Positions 37,810 to 48,551 of a stretch of 64,000 nt of DNA are shown here, piece after piece; the first letter of the stretch is position 1; the number at the start of each line of letters is the position of its first letter. The stretch comes from Candidatus Altimarinota bacterium (GTDB taxonomy: Bacteria; Patescibacteriota; Gracilibacteria; JBDHUY01), in assembly GCA_039809385.1 (NCBI GenBank), contig JBDHUY010000003.1:64001-128000 (forward strand), written 5' to 3'. Made by a program: the position numbers and the translations under genes. Below the pieces are notes generated by a model that was not told the DNA's origin, did no database searches, and was given only the letters and a program-made list of their open reading frames with translations.

Positions 37810-37861
37810 TATATAGATAATTGTCTATATAAATAATAATGCCTTGATAAAATAATGTCAA
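37810..37861 (-). promoter_or_regulatory. Promoter and palindromic operator for the sdpR-sdpI-like operon
   Basis: On the - strand TTGACA (37856-37861), 17 bp, TATTAT (37833-37838); near-perfect palindrome tatatagataattgtctatata (37810-37831) over the start site. Confidence 0.75.
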
Positions 37862-37940
37862 TATTTTTTGCACTACGATTCCTTTGACATGTGAAGCATG
37901 ATCGTATATAAGACATCTCTTAGTGTCTATTGTCTTATTT

Positions 37941-38540
37941 ATGAATGAGTCTGCAATACATACTCTCAATGACCTACGTGTAGCTCTTGAATTAGAAAAA
38001 CATCGTCACGAGAACCTCAATCCGGAAAAAATTGTTGATGCTCGATTTTCATTTCGACAGGTTTTAGAGTGGTATACATCGCTGATTGCCGAAGAACAAG
38101 TTCCTCCAGACGGAGCAGAGTTCTTGTATGGCGCCAAGGCACGTATACTTTCTAAAATACAAGCATGTTTAAACGATAATGATATCCCGGTGAATAAGAT
38201 CGCTGACCAAATCAAACTTGCGTTCTCTTTTCCGATTATCGATGAAAAGACCTTTGATCGTCTGCGAGTAAAGTATAATTTCAGATCCGAAAAAGAACCT
38301 TTAAATTTGTTTATTTTATGTAAAGATTTGGAAATAATGCGACTCTATTTTTTGTTATATGATCCGTCTATTCCCACGAGTAAATATATGACAAGATGGA
38401 TCCAGGAATTTCAAAAAAATCTACGGATTGATGAATCCGATGATCGACTCCAGCTTATGAAAAAAATCATGTTTCTATTGTACTCTCAAAAAACACGAAT
38501 GTCCCAACACTCATTTGGCACTTTATTGTTTCCTATATGA
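37941..38540 (+). CDS. Hypothetical protein
   Basis: AT-rich ORF filling the gap; no recognisable motif. Confidence 0.6.
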   Translation: MNESAIHTLNDLRVALELEKHRHENLNPEKIVDARFSFRQVLEWYTSLIAEEQVPPDGAEFLYGAKARILSKIQACLNDNDIPVNKIADQIKLAFSFPIIDEKTFDRLRVKYNFRSEKEPLNLFILCKDLEIMRLYFLLYDPSIPTSKYMTRWIQEFQKNLRIDESDDRLQLMKKIMFLLYSQKTRMSQHSFGTLLFPI

Positions 38541-38585
38541 TCATTCAACAAAACATACCTCAACAGTCTTGTCCTGGCTATTTTC

Positions 38586-39638
38586 TCACTTTTTCTTAAC
38601 CGGGTAATCTGCCGGGTTGGCTTCTTTGAATGCTTTTTCAGCCTCTGCCGCCGCGGCTTCTTTCTCAGGATCGACGATGAATTGTTCCGACAGCATGGGA
38701 CGTAAGTACGAACGAATCACGGTTAGCGCCTGCGTCCGTTCTTTCTTGTCGGTGATCTTTTTAATCCGGTCGAAATAGGTGGCAAACTGGTAGTAATCGG
38801 TAACATTCCCTGCCTGCATTTTTTGGATGAGCCCGAATAACGTCGTCTCTTCATACCGGCTTACGGCGATCAACCGGTACCAGTCCAGCGGGTAGAACCG
38901 GTTGGAGATGAAATCCAGTATTTCGATATTTACTTTTTCGCTATTCCAGTTGAGTTTCCTGGTCAGTACTTCCAGGGGAGTTCGCTCCTCTTTCTTGTAG
39001 ATCGTTTTGAACCGTTCGTATACCGCATCGTCGAGTTGTGTGGGAAATCCCTCCTTCAGGATCTCGAAGTGTAAGTGTACTCCGCTCGAATTGCCGGTGG
39101 TTCCGGTTTTAAACATGGGCGTATCGGGATCGCTGATGTCTCCCACTTTTACATAGATTTCGGAAAGATGTGCAAAGATAAAGGTAAACCGGCCGGTCAG
39201 GTCGCGGGCAGTTATATAGTTGCCATAGAGGGGGTCGTGGCTGGTTTCGGTGATCACCAGGGGCAGTTTTACGGTGACCGGAAACGGGGTATTGAGCGGC
39301 AGGCAGTTTACGTCGTATCCGTTGTGCGTATGTCCCTGGTTGTTGGTAAAATGGCACCGCAGCGGGTTAATTTCCAAAAACGTCTGCGAAAAACGTCTCG
39401 TTACTTCGGCGTCGGAGAGATTCCGGTACTCTTTATAAGGGTCCACATACCCGTGATCCGGAAGCATAGTCGGAGCGGTCATGAATTCTTTCGGCGGCAT
39501 GGTTTCCGGTACGGCGGCAGTCGGCGTATCGCCGGTTACTTTTTCTGTATGCTGCGCCTGGAGTAGTCCCGGAGCCAACAGGAGCAGACCGAATATACTT
39601 GCCAATCCTATCTTGAAAACGTACTTCATACCTGTCAT
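38586..39638 (-). CDS. Secreted M23 family metallopeptidase
   Basis: HNGYD, YGNYI, FAHLS, TGTTGNSSGVHLHFEI. Confidence 0.9.
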   Translation of the reverse strand: MTGMKYVFKIGLASIFGLLLLAPGLLQAQHTEKVTGDTPTAAVPETMPPKEFMTAPTMLPDHGYVDPYKEYRNLSDAEVTRRFSQTFLEINPLRCHFTNNQGHTHNGYDVNCLPLNTPFPVTVKLPLVITETSHDPLYGNYITARDLTGRFTFIFAHLSEIYVKVGDISDPDTPMFKTGTTGNSSGVHLHFEILKEGFPTQLDDAVYERFKTIYKKEERTPLEVLTRKLNWNSEKVNIEILDFISNRFYPLDWYRLIAVSRYEETTLFGLIQKMQAGNVTDYYQFATYFDRIKKITDKKERTQALTVIRSYLRPMLSEQFIVDPEKEAAAAEAEKAFKEANPADYPVKKK

Positions 39639-39783
39639 ATATGATAGAGAGCGGTTATGAACAGGTTTATGGTATCGTTTTTTTGATCGGTATGCAAAAT
39701 TTACACTCAAAACTTTTTTGTTTCTAAAGCCATTCGAGAAGCTATAATACTAATGCACATGTTTTGACCATCTTGTTTCGCAT

Positions 39784-40155
39784 ATGGATACATCGATTTC
39801 GATTGTGCGTGAATCGGACTATCCTGCCGATACTATGACCGGTGACCTTATTCTCGTACAGGCACTCTTGTACAAAGTTCAGACATTGTTTCAGAATGGA
39901 GAAACTGATCTGCTGTCCGACTGGTCTTTCGAGTCTATTGTCTCTGTGTTTCGCGACCGTTTGGAAGCGAGCTTCGACTACCGGCGTCTGGAGTTTTTGC
40001 AAAACGGTCTTGAACAGGTTCGCGAGAAGACTACGAGATATAAGCAACGATTGGGGATTCTACAAAATAATCGTAGATCTCAAATACTGGATACGCTCAA
40101 GGATGTTATAGAGTGTTATGACACTAAATTTATTTACGTTATGAACGGTTGGTAA
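39784..40155 (+). CDS. Hypothetical protein
   Basis: 123-aa ORF ending 3 bp before mutM. Confidence 0.55.
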   Translation: MDTSISIVRESDYPADTMTGDLILVQALLYKVQTLFQNGETDLLSDWSFESIVSVFRDRLEASFDYRRLEFLQNGLEQVREKTTRYKQRLGILQNNRRSQILDTLKDVIECYDTKFIYVMNGW

Positions 40156-40158
40156 TCT

Positions 40159-40980
40159 ATGCCCGAACTTCCCGAAGTACAGACAACGGTGAATGACTTA
40201 AAAGCCCATGCGTCCGGAAAAAGAATTGATGCGGTAACGGTTTTATGGCCACGCACGATTGCCCGGCCCGATGTTGATGTGTTTGTCCAAACACTTGCAG
40301 GACAGATTATTGAAGATGTCACCCGCCGCGGCAAGTTTATCGTAATCCATTTGAAAGCTAAAAAACAGAAGAGATTTTTGCTCGTGCACCTGCGCATGAG
40401 CGGTTATTTTTATTTTCAGTCCAGCCCGGACATACTGGACAAACACGCCCGGGTGCTCTTTCAGCTGGATTCAAAACAAACCCTGATTTTCCGCGACCAG
40501 CGTAAATTCGGTAAAATGTATCTCGTTTCCGATATCAGCGAAGTAACGCAACAATTGGGACCTGAACCCCTGGACATATCTTTTTCGGATTTCGCCAGAC
40601 GTTTGTCGACGCGTAACGGCCGAATCAAATCGATTCTGCTCGACCAGACCTTTCTGTCCGGGATCGGCAATATTTATACGGATGAATCCCTGTGGTACGC
40701 CAAAATCCATCCACATACTCCCGGGCGGCAGCTTTCCCGTAAGTGCATGAAAGAGCTGCATAAAGCGATCCGGTTTGTTTTGCAAAAAGCCATTACGCTC
40801 GATGGAGCGAGTTTTGATCAGCACTATAAACGCATCAACGGTGCAAGCGGCCGCTACCAGAACGAGTTTTGTGCTTATTCCCGTAAAGAAAATCCCTGTT
40901 TGCGGTGCGGGACCCCCATTGTAAAAATGGTGGTGGGGCAGCGGGGAACGTATATCTGTCCGGTTTGTCAGAACGTGTAA
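40159..40980 (+). CDS. mutM: Formamidopyrimidine-DNA glycosylase
   Basis: MPELPEV, HLRMSG, GIGNIY, C-terminal zinc finger CLRC...CPVCQ. Confidence 0.97.
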   Translation: MPELPEVQTTVNDLKAHASGKRIDAVTVLWPRTIARPDVDVFVQTLAGQIIEDVTRRGKFIVIHLKAKKQKRFLLVHLRMSGYFYFQSSPDILDKHARVLFQLDSKQTLIFRDQRKFGKMYLVSDISEVTQQLGPEPLDISFSDFARRLSTRNGRIKSILLDQTFLSGIGNIYTDESLWYAKIHPHTPGRQLSRKCMKELHKAIRFVLQKAITLDGASFDQHYKRINGASGRYQNEFCAYSRKENPCLRCGTPIVKMVVGQRGTYICPVCQNV

Positions 40981-41099
40981 GAACGTATGGGAAAGTATTC
41001 ATATAAAAGCTGGAAAGTGAATCAAGGTCACTTTGCTCTTGTATGTAAACCGAATTTGTCTATACTCGCGAGTGCAATTATTTAAAAGCCAACCAATAC

Positions 41100-44018
41100 A
41101 TGTTGTTAAATAGCGAAGTGGTAAATAACGACCTGTCCTATAAATACGCAGAACGTCGCCAGCTTCCCGAAATAGACGCCTTGCTTTCCCATATCAAGTC
41201 CGAGTTTGAAGCGGCCCAAGATCAGTTTCGCGATCTCTTGGGTTCATTTTTCGAGATAGACGAATCCGTCCCAGTCAATAAGTCGGCCCGTATGGCACGC
41301 ATGCTGCTGCTGTATGAAGAAGATATCGCCGTCGAGGCTTTGGCCCGGTTCGATTTTAACCCCTTAAAAGAGATCTGTCAGATAACTCCGCCGGCTTCAC
41401 TGGCTCGTAAAAATATTCTTAAAGCTTTGATGTTTCAAAGACTTTCGTTCGAGCAACTCAAACAGATTTGTCCGCTTATCCCTGCCGACGCCACCTTCGG
41501 TCAGCAGCCGATACGGGTAAGTTTCGAAAAAATATCGGTAGAACAATTTAAGGAATTGTGCGATCTGACCGGCAACCGAGTTTTGCGTGAACAAGTTAGC
41601 GCCCGCGTGATCTCCACCGGCAAAGTGTCTCTGTCCGAGGTTTTGCATACGTCTCCCGAGGCTCCCATAGCCCAGGGTTTGCCCGAGGTCATTATTCACC
41701 AGATGTTGAATGACAATAAAAAGCTTACGTATGAAGATTATAGTTTTGTCCTGGGAGAAACGTCGCTTCATACCCAACAGGGTCAGGCGGCCGCTATTGG
41801 CATGCTGGGTAAGAGCGAAAATTATTCCCAGGCAGGACTTACTTATAACCTGGTTCACCGAAATCCGGTTTTGAAACAAGAAGCTCTGCAGCGGATGCTG
41901 CACTACGCCTCTACGTTTGAGCACTATTACGATATCTTCCAACGCTCTCCCAAGGCGTCAAAGATTTCTATCGATGCTCTGAACGCCATTCTCTTGTTAG
42001 ATAATGTACCGTTTGAATTCTTGTATAACTTATATAGAGATCTCTATAAAGCCTGTCAGATCGAACGGATACGGGATAGCGATTACAAGGTAGAACAAAC
42101 AGATCAGTCGATGTATGAAGTGCAATCGATCCTGCCCCTTCTTTTACAAAAACTCATTGAAACGGCTGCTACATTCGAACATATCGAATTGACTCTATTG
42201 CTGCTGCCACCCGAGCATCCAAATCGGAACCGACTTTCGGTACTCTTACCGGAACGAGCTGACAACTCCGAAGATTGGTCCCGGTTGTATCATAAATATC
42301 CGCCCCAAAGTCCGGAGCGCGAAAAGGCGGTGGTTTTCTTTCTTAATTCGATGCAGGAGAATCCAGATTTGGCGAAAACATACTACAATCTTTTTCCACA
42401 GGATTTTGTAATAAAGAATGCCGCCGAAGATCTTTTGCTACAACAAGCTGTTACTTTGTCAGGCAGAGTGCTTTTGTATAATAGCGCCTTCTCGGGAAGC
42501 TCGCTGCGCAGGCGGTTGAAGGCGCTTATTTTCGATTTAAACAAAGGTTTAAATTCTGCAGAGCTGGCGCAGGTATATGCGTTGTCTTCACCGGACAGTC
42601 AACTGCAAAACATGACCCGTGACATTATCCTAGACATTGGGAGTAAGCAAGGAAGTGCCTGGATTATATCGATAATAGAAACCTTACAACACGAGCACAG
42701 CGTGAACAAAACCCGCGATCGGGGTTTGCAAAAAATACTATACGACCTACTTTTGCTCAATACCGATGTCGGGAAACGACTACATTTAGATACTCCTTCA
42801 TTTGAGCAAAAGATGGCTGCCTGCCTGAGCGGGAATTCGGTGTATCAATTTGCTGCATTTTCTTGGGAGGAGCTCAAGCGCAGTAAGGATATTCTCTCTT
42901 CGATCAATCCGGTACGTTTTAAAGAAGTTCTCGCTATAATGCTGACACAATCCGCTACCTACGAATCCAGCATGGAAATTTTCGACGATATAAAAAATGC
43001 CGGCGATCCGGCGCTGCTCGCTTCTTTTATACAAAAGATCGTAAGCCAATGTTCTACCTATGCTCAGGTAAGTTTGGTCTATCGTTCTTTTCATCGTCAT
43101 CAGGCGGTGTTGGTCGTAGATGATCCGCTTTTACAGTGCATGATGGCTCGTGCCTATGAGTATGAAGAGATCTGGTCTCTCTATCATATTGTGAAAAAGC
43201 TCCCGGATAAAAGCTACTTGCGCGAGGTACTCCCAAAATTAATACCGTTCTTATCTCATCTGTTATTCGACGACTGTATTGACCTGTATCGTTCGTATCA
43301 GCCGTTGTTCGTCGATCTACCGGATGATCGTAATGTACGTTGCATCATGGAACAAATGGTTGCGAGTGCCAAGACGCTTGAGCAATATCATCTGTTGACC
43401 CTGCTGGATTCTCGCGGGTCGTATCTTTATAGTCGCGGAAGAAGCGGTATGGACACCTGTCAAAAAACAACCGATGATTGGCTAAAGCTCTATAAAAGGT
43501 CCGAGAGTCACGCGGCTGAACAAGCTTTGATTAAAAGACACCTGCTCTCAAGCGTGCCTGATTTCGCCACGGCTGTATGGCTGTATGATATGACCTTGTT
43601 CGACGCTTCTCACTATGGACTGCTTGAAAGAGATTCCGAAGCTCTCATGTTCCAGAAGGCCTCTGACATGAATCTCGCGGATCTCATTGTTACCAGTAAA
43701 CAAAGATGTTCAGAAAATCGCAACTGCCTGCCGCTGCATCGGATTATTATGCAAAAAATACACAGCGAGTACGGTTTACCGGCAGATCGGGACAAGCTTG
43801 TGTCGATCTATAAAACGACCATGGGAGATCCACAGTTAAATTTTCAACTGGCCAGCTACCTGATTCACCGCTTTTCCAACCCCCAAGATCTAGTATATAT
43901 GCTTCTTCATGCGCCGATTCAAAGTGCACTTTTCCAACAAGCCTGCGCTGCGCTGCGTCCCATTCGCTTTACGCTGGGACCGCGCTATGTCGAGCTTACG
44001 TATCCAGCAGTCTCTTGA
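41100..44018 (+). CDS. Large alpha-helical repeat hypothetical protein
   Basis: 972-aa ORF with recurring A-x-T-F/Y-E...Y units; no signal peptide. Confidence 0.75.
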   Translation: MLLNSEVVNNDLSYKYAERRQLPEIDALLSHIKSEFEAAQDQFRDLLGSFFEIDESVPVNKSARMARMLLLYEEDIAVEALARFDFNPLKEICQITPPASLARKNILKALMFQRLSFEQLKQICPLIPADATFGQQPIRVSFEKISVEQFKELCDLTGNRVLREQVSARVISTGKVSLSEVLHTSPEAPIAQGLPEVIIHQMLNDNKKLTYEDYSFVLGETSLHTQQGQAAAIGMLGKSENYSQAGLTYNLVHRNPVLKQEALQRMLHYASTFEHYYDIFQRSPKASKISIDALNAILLLDNVPFEFLYNLYRDLYKACQIERIRDSDYKVEQTDQSMYEVQSILPLLLQKLIETAATFEHIELTLLLLPPEHPNRNRLSVLLPERADNSEDWSRLYHKYPPQSPEREKAVVFFLNSMQENPDLAKTYYNLFPQDFVIKNAAEDLLLQQAVTLSGRVLLYNSAFSGSSLRRRLKALIFDLNKGLNSAELAQVYALSSPDSQLQNMTRDIILDIGSKQGSAWIISIIETLQHEHSVNKTRDRGLQKILYDLLLLNTDVGKRLHLDTPSFEQKMAACLSGNSVYQFAAFSWEELKRSKDILSSINPVRFKEVLAIMLTQSATYESSMEIFDDIKNAGDPALLASFIQKIVSQCSTYAQVSLVYRSFHRHQAVLVVDDPLLQCMMARAYEYEEIWSLYHIVKKLPDKSYLREVLPKLIPFLSHLLFDDCIDLYRSYQPLFVDLPDDRNVRCIMEQMVASAKTLEQYHLLTLLDSRGSYLYSRGRSGMDTCQKTTDDWLKLYKRSESHAAEQALIKRHLLSSVPDFATAVWLYDMTLFDASHYGLLERDSEALMFQKASDMNLADLIVTSKQRCSENRNCLPLHRIIMQKIHSEYGLPADRDKLVSIYKTTMGDPQLNFQLASYLIHRFSNPQDLVYMLLHAPIQSALFQQACAALRPIRFTLGPRYVELTYPAVS

Positions 44019-44148
44019 TCTTCTTTCATCAGTAGAAGTTCATCTGTTTTCTTTTTATATATAATGTCAAAAACAATTGACATTTTTTTGTGCGTGTATA
44101 GACTAGAGCACCACGAAGAACTTTTTTTTAGTATGCATTAAAAAAACA

Positions 44149-45798
44149 ATGAGCAAAGAATTTTTAAACTCTACTGGCTACCTGCCCGACGATTCGGACG
44201 AAAAGAAGCCCCGCGTTGGCACTTTGGGCAAGATTGTACTGGCATCGGTTCTGTTGCATAGCCCTTTCCTCTATAAGCTTCTTCCTGCTACGACACAAAA
44301 CTTTCTGTCGGAACAATGGGATCAAGTAACTGTCACGACTTCTCTCTACCACGCCAAGATAAAACAGTGGGCGTTTGCCGATGAAACTTCCAAAGCACAA
44401 TTACGGGTCGAAATTGAACAGCAACTGAATTCTCCCCAAAAAGATCGGATCGATCTTGCCGATTTCTTTCTGCGGGCGGAACGGTATAGCGGTCAGTTCA
44501 GTCAGGAAGAATACTCTGCGGCGCGCGAAGAAGCCCGTCGCTTGAGCGCCGAATTTCGCGAAATGAAACAAGAAAAAACGGATCCGGTCGAAATCTTACA
44601 TTATATTTTGCAAAAGCGGGAATTCTATAAAACCGGTTCTGCTTCCCTTACCAATCTGCTTCTTACTGGCAAAGGGAACTGCGAGGCAATTGCCAAATTT
44701 ATTCAAATAATGGCGCAAAAAGCGCTTCCCGAAATCGATCCGGCCAGGATCAAGGTTCTTTTATACGGCGACCATGTGGCGATCCTCTTTGACGATGTTA
44801 CGGGTCAGCGCTATCTCATTGAAAAGCCGACTCCTCGCCCTATCTCAAAATACGATTTGGACAGAACTGCTGAACTACCTAACGATATCTGGATGCGCCA
44901 ATTTGCCGGGGCGAATTTTTCGGTCAGCTACCATGGTAGCGGGGTTAAGGTTCCTGCTGGATCAGGGAAAGGTGCGTATAGTGATACTCTGTTTAATCTG
45001 CGGGAGATTGTTCCACCCGGAATGCTTAAAAACTACAGTCCGGGACCTGTTCCGGCACTGAAAAAAGAAGAGCTAGCTGACTTTCATACGGCTCAAAAAA
45101 AGCTTGATCCCAAAGAACAACAACAGCAAATTACAATGCTTGATTTTGGTGCGTACCCGGATCTTGTGAAACATACGGAAAAAACTGCCGAAGCACTTCC
45201 CCAAATTTCGATTGATCCCAAACAGTATTTTTTTAATCGCGATCTTTTGAGAGCGGCTATTTTTCGAATTAATAGCATCGAAGGTCGTCAGCGATTCTGC
45301 AGCCGGCTCATCGAACGCGTCAAACACGATCGCGATTTTTTAAGACAGTTTATCTTGGCGCATCCGCGTTCGGTGTACAACGATCTGGATCAAATATTTT
45401 CGGTATCCGACGGCCCCGGAGACGGTCTCGGACAACTTGTTTGGTTAGCTCTTGACGTTATCGAAGCCAACGAAGATTTTTTTATGTATGTCTTTCGTAC
45501 ATTTCCGAGTCTTTCCAGTCGCACAATGGCGGCGAATCGTATATCCAAACAGGAGAACTTGCGGGAAATATGTTTGATCGAAAACGAACCAATTATTTTG
45601 AGAGAGGTGTTTGGGCGGATCAACGATTTTTCTATACTGGAGCGGTTTGCTTCGTTGTCGGATCAGGATTGTGACTATGATAGGGGGCGTACACCAGAAG
45701 AACAAGATCGTCGCTTAGATAATAGTATTAATCGGTCCAATGCCCGCCAAAGAATCCTGGGCCTGCGCAAAGGAGAAGTATTTACCAAATTCCCGTAA
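44149..45798 (+). CDS. Membrane-anchored hypothetical protein with transglutaminase/papain-like motif
   Basis: N-terminal hydrophobic helix; GNCEAIAKF followed by GDHVAIL. Confidence 0.65.
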   Translation: MSKEFLNSTGYLPDDSDEKKPRVGTLGKIVLASVLLHSPFLYKLLPATTQNFLSEQWDQVTVTTSLYHAKIKQWAFADETSKAQLRVEIEQQLNSPQKDRIDLADFFLRAERYSGQFSQEEYSAAREEARRLSAEFREMKQEKTDPVEILHYILQKREFYKTGSASLTNLLLTGKGNCEAIAKFIQIMAQKALPEIDPARIKVLLYGDHVAILFDDVTGQRYLIEKPTPRPISKYDLDRTAELPNDIWMRQFAGANFSVSYHGSGVKVPAGSGKGAYSDTLFNLREIVPPGMLKNYSPGPVPALKKEELADFHTAQKKLDPKEQQQQITMLDFGAYPDLVKHTEKTAEALPQISIDPKQYFFNRDLLRAAIFRINSIEGRQRFCSRLIERVKHDRDFLRQFILAHPRSVYNDLDQIFSVSDGPGDGLGQLVWLALDVIEANEDFFMYVFRTFPSLSSRTMAANRISKQENLREICLIENEPIILREVFGRINDFSILERFASLSDQDCDYDRGRTPEEQDRRLDNSINRSNARQRILGLRKGEVFTKFP

Positions 45799-46624
45799 AA
45801 ACGGCTCCGAGCAGGCATACTCCCAGCACAATTCGGTACACGATAAAAACGAAATTCGAGCGGGTTTTTAAGAATTTTAGTAAAAAATCGATCGCAAAGA
45901 ATCCACTGACAAATGCCGTAATAATCCCCATGATATAGGATACGGCCAGTTGCTGATTCAATAATCCCAGACTGTCTTTCAATTCCAGTAATCCGCTAGC
46001 AAAAACAGCCGGGAGCGAGAGCAAAAACGAAAAACGCGCCGCGGTTTCGCGTTCGAGCCCCAGAAAAAGTCCGGCAGTCATAGTGGTTCCGCTCCTGGAA
46101 GCGCCAGGAATCAGCGAAAAACACTGACCGATACCCACGACCAGCGCATCTTTGAACGTAATCTTTTTCATGTCGCGGGCATGACGGGCGATCTTTTCTG
46201 CCAGAGCTAGTAGTAGCGCAAATACGATCTGTGTCACTGCAATTACCAGAATACTTTTGGTCAGATTCCCTTCAATCACTTTTTTCAAAGCCAGGCCGAT
46301 CACTACTACCGGAAGGGTTCCGGCGATCACATACCAGCCCATCCGGCTTTCAAAGGATTGCTGTGAGAATCCTTTTCGCTTCAACAGATTCTCCCGCACA
46401 AAACTTTTGATAATTGTCGTTATATCTTTGGCGAAATAGATCATTACCGCCAGGAGCGTCCCGAGCTGTAAAACTGCAATATACGCGGTCCATTGTTCCG
46501 GATGTTCGGGTGAAATAAGTCCCATCCAGTGACCAAACAGCGTCAGATGCGCCGTGCTGGAGATCGGGAGAAATTCGGTGATACCCTGAACGAGGCCGAG
46601 AATGATTGAGACGAAAATATCCAT
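45782..46624 (-). CDS. uppP: Undecaprenyl-diphosphate phosphatase
   Basis: GLVQGITEFLPISSTAHL, PGASRSGTT, AARFSFLLSLP. Confidence 0.96.
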   Translation of the reverse strand: MDIFVSIILGLVQGITEFLPISSTAHLTLFGHWMGLISPEHPEQWTAYIAVLQLGTLLAVMIYFAKDITTIIKSFVRENLLKRKGFSQQSFESRMGWYVIAGTLPVVVIGLALKKVIEGNLTKSILVIAVTQIVFALLLALAEKIARHARDMKKITFKDALVVGIGQCFSLIPGASRSGTTMTAGLFLGLERETAARFSFLLSLPAVFASGLLELKDSLGLLNQQLAVSYIMGIITAFVSGFFAIDFLLKFLKTRSNFVFIVYRIVLGVCLLGAVFTGIW

Positions 46625-46777
46625 GAGAGAAGCAATAAGCGGTTTACAGGAAACAAACATCATGTATTTTATTGTTTTTACATGCTTGTTGCAAAGACTT
46701 ATTTGCCCAACCCGTACATGCTTACTTTTCTCTTCTGATGTGACATGTGGTATAGTGAATTCTGATTTTTGATTTTT

Positions 46778-48415
46778 ATGGAAACTAAAGTTCACCACCG
46801 TTTTTTGGAAATATTACCCGGATTACTGACCTGGACAACGCTCATCCTGCCAGTGATATTGTCGCTTTTTTTCCCCGTCGGCGTGGCGATTTTTCTGCTC
46901 TTTTTCACCACCTTCTGGTTATACCAATCGCTCGAGTTTTCAGTGATGATTTTGCGAACCTATTTTCAGTATAAACAGGCTTTGTTGTTTCCCTGGTCGG
47001 ACGCACTGCGGTTGTTGACTGCCCACTCTAACCAGAATGGTAACCTCGATCAACCTGCAATTGCCAAGAAAAACATGAAAAGTTTGTTAGAGAAACATGC
47101 TCAGATTATCGCTCTAGGCCAGGCCAAAGATCCGTTTGCCATTTTTCATCTGGTTGTGATCGCTACCTGCGGGGAAGATTTGTCAGTACTACGACAGTCG
47201 ATTCAGAAGATAGCCGACAGTCACTACGATCTTTCCAGAATCGTAATTTTGCTAGCCGGAGAAGAACGGGACCGTGAAAGGGCTATCAGAAATGCCGAAG
47301 CTCTAAAGCTTGAATTTGGAAGTCAATTTGCACAATTCTATTTCACGCTGCATCCGGCAGATACCGTTGGCGAAGTGCGTGGAAAAGGAGCTAACATTGC
47401 GTATGCTGCGCGTACAACCGTTCCCGGTTTTTTGAAAGAATTCGGATGCGATCCGAGCGATGTTTTGGTGACCACGCTGGACGCCGACCACTGCGTCCAT
47501 CCCGAATATTTCGCCTGTCTTACGACTACGTATCTTACGACGCCTGATCGGGGCAAAAAAGCGTATCAGCCGCTGCCACTTTTTTATAACAATATTTGGG
47601 ATGTGCCGCTGATAAATCGCATGATCGCTTTCCAAAACAGCTTCTGGCACATGATCGAATCAGGTCGGCCCTACCGGCTTCGCAATTTTGCCTCGCACGC
47701 CCAGAGTTTGGATGCGCTTTTGCAAACCGATTTCTGGTCCAGCCAGACGATTGTAGAGGACGGTCACCAGTACTGGCGCAGTTTTTTTACTTTTAACGGT
47801 CAATACGAAGTGATCCCTCTGTTTATTCCGATCTATCAGGATGCCGTCCAAGGAGAAACCTATACCAAGACATTATGGGGTCAGTATAAACAACTGCGGC
47901 GCTGGGCGTGGGGCGCCAGCGATATCCCGTTTGTGATTCAGAAAATCCGCGAAAAAGGAAAAGCTATTCCGGCTTTTACCAAATATATCAATTTCTACCG
48001 GTTGGTCGAAGGCCATTTTATGTGGGCCACCGCGCCGGTGATTATTACGCTTACCCAGCCGATCCCGCGGTTGATCAACGAGTCGTTTGCCAATACGGTC
48101 TTTTCATACAACATGGGAATTATTCTGAGTCACTTTTTTACTGTGGCGCTGGTAGGTATTTTTGCCTCCGTCTGGATCACGATCCTGATGGCACCGCCCA
48201 TTCCGCATAGGACTTTGCTAGGAAAAACTTGGCTGCGCCTGTCTATTCTGGTTCAATGGCTTTTTCTGCCGCTCATCACGATCGTCTTTGGAGCTATCCC
48301 GGCGATCGAATCGCAGACTCGTTTGATGTTTGCCAAGTATCTGGATTTTCAGATCACGCCCAAAGTGAGAGTTCCCTCGAACATTCATGCGGTTCAAGGG
48401 AATCTCCCTCGGTAG
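46778..48415 (+). CDS. Membrane glycosyltransferase family 2
   Basis: GKGANI, TTLDAD, IVEDG, QLRRWAWG (QxxRW); flanking TM helices. Confidence 0.9.
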   Translation: METKVHHRFLEILPGLLTWTTLILPVILSLFFPVGVAIFLLFFTTFWLYQSLEFSVMILRTYFQYKQALLFPWSDALRLLTAHSNQNGNLDQPAIAKKNMKSLLEKHAQIIALGQAKDPFAIFHLVVIATCGEDLSVLRQSIQKIADSHYDLSRIVILLAGEERDRERAIRNAEALKLEFGSQFAQFYFTLHPADTVGEVRGKGANIAYAARTTVPGFLKEFGCDPSDVLVTTLDADHCVHPEYFACLTTTYLTTPDRGKKAYQPLPLFYNNIWDVPLINRMIAFQNSFWHMIESGRPYRLRNFASHAQSLDALLQTDFWSSQTIVEDGHQYWRSFFTFNGQYEVIPLFIPIYQDAVQGETYTKTLWGQYKQLRRWAWGASDIPFVIQKIREKGKAIPAFTKYINFYRLVEGHFMWATAPVIITLTQPIPRLINESFANTVFSYNMGIILSHFFTVALVGIFASVWITILMAPPIPHRTLLGKTWLRLSILVQWLFLPLITIVFGAIPAIESQTRLMFAKYLDFQITPKVRVPSNIHAVQGNLPR

Positions 48416-48551
48416 CTCTGTCTTGCTTCATTTCCCTTCCCAGTATATAAACTGTACAGTCCTGTAATTCTCAAACGTAGCAATGATGTCTCTAACCGGA
48501 ATAAAATTCAGGCCGCTCTCTTTTTAAAAACACCTAAAAAGCTTGTCTTAT

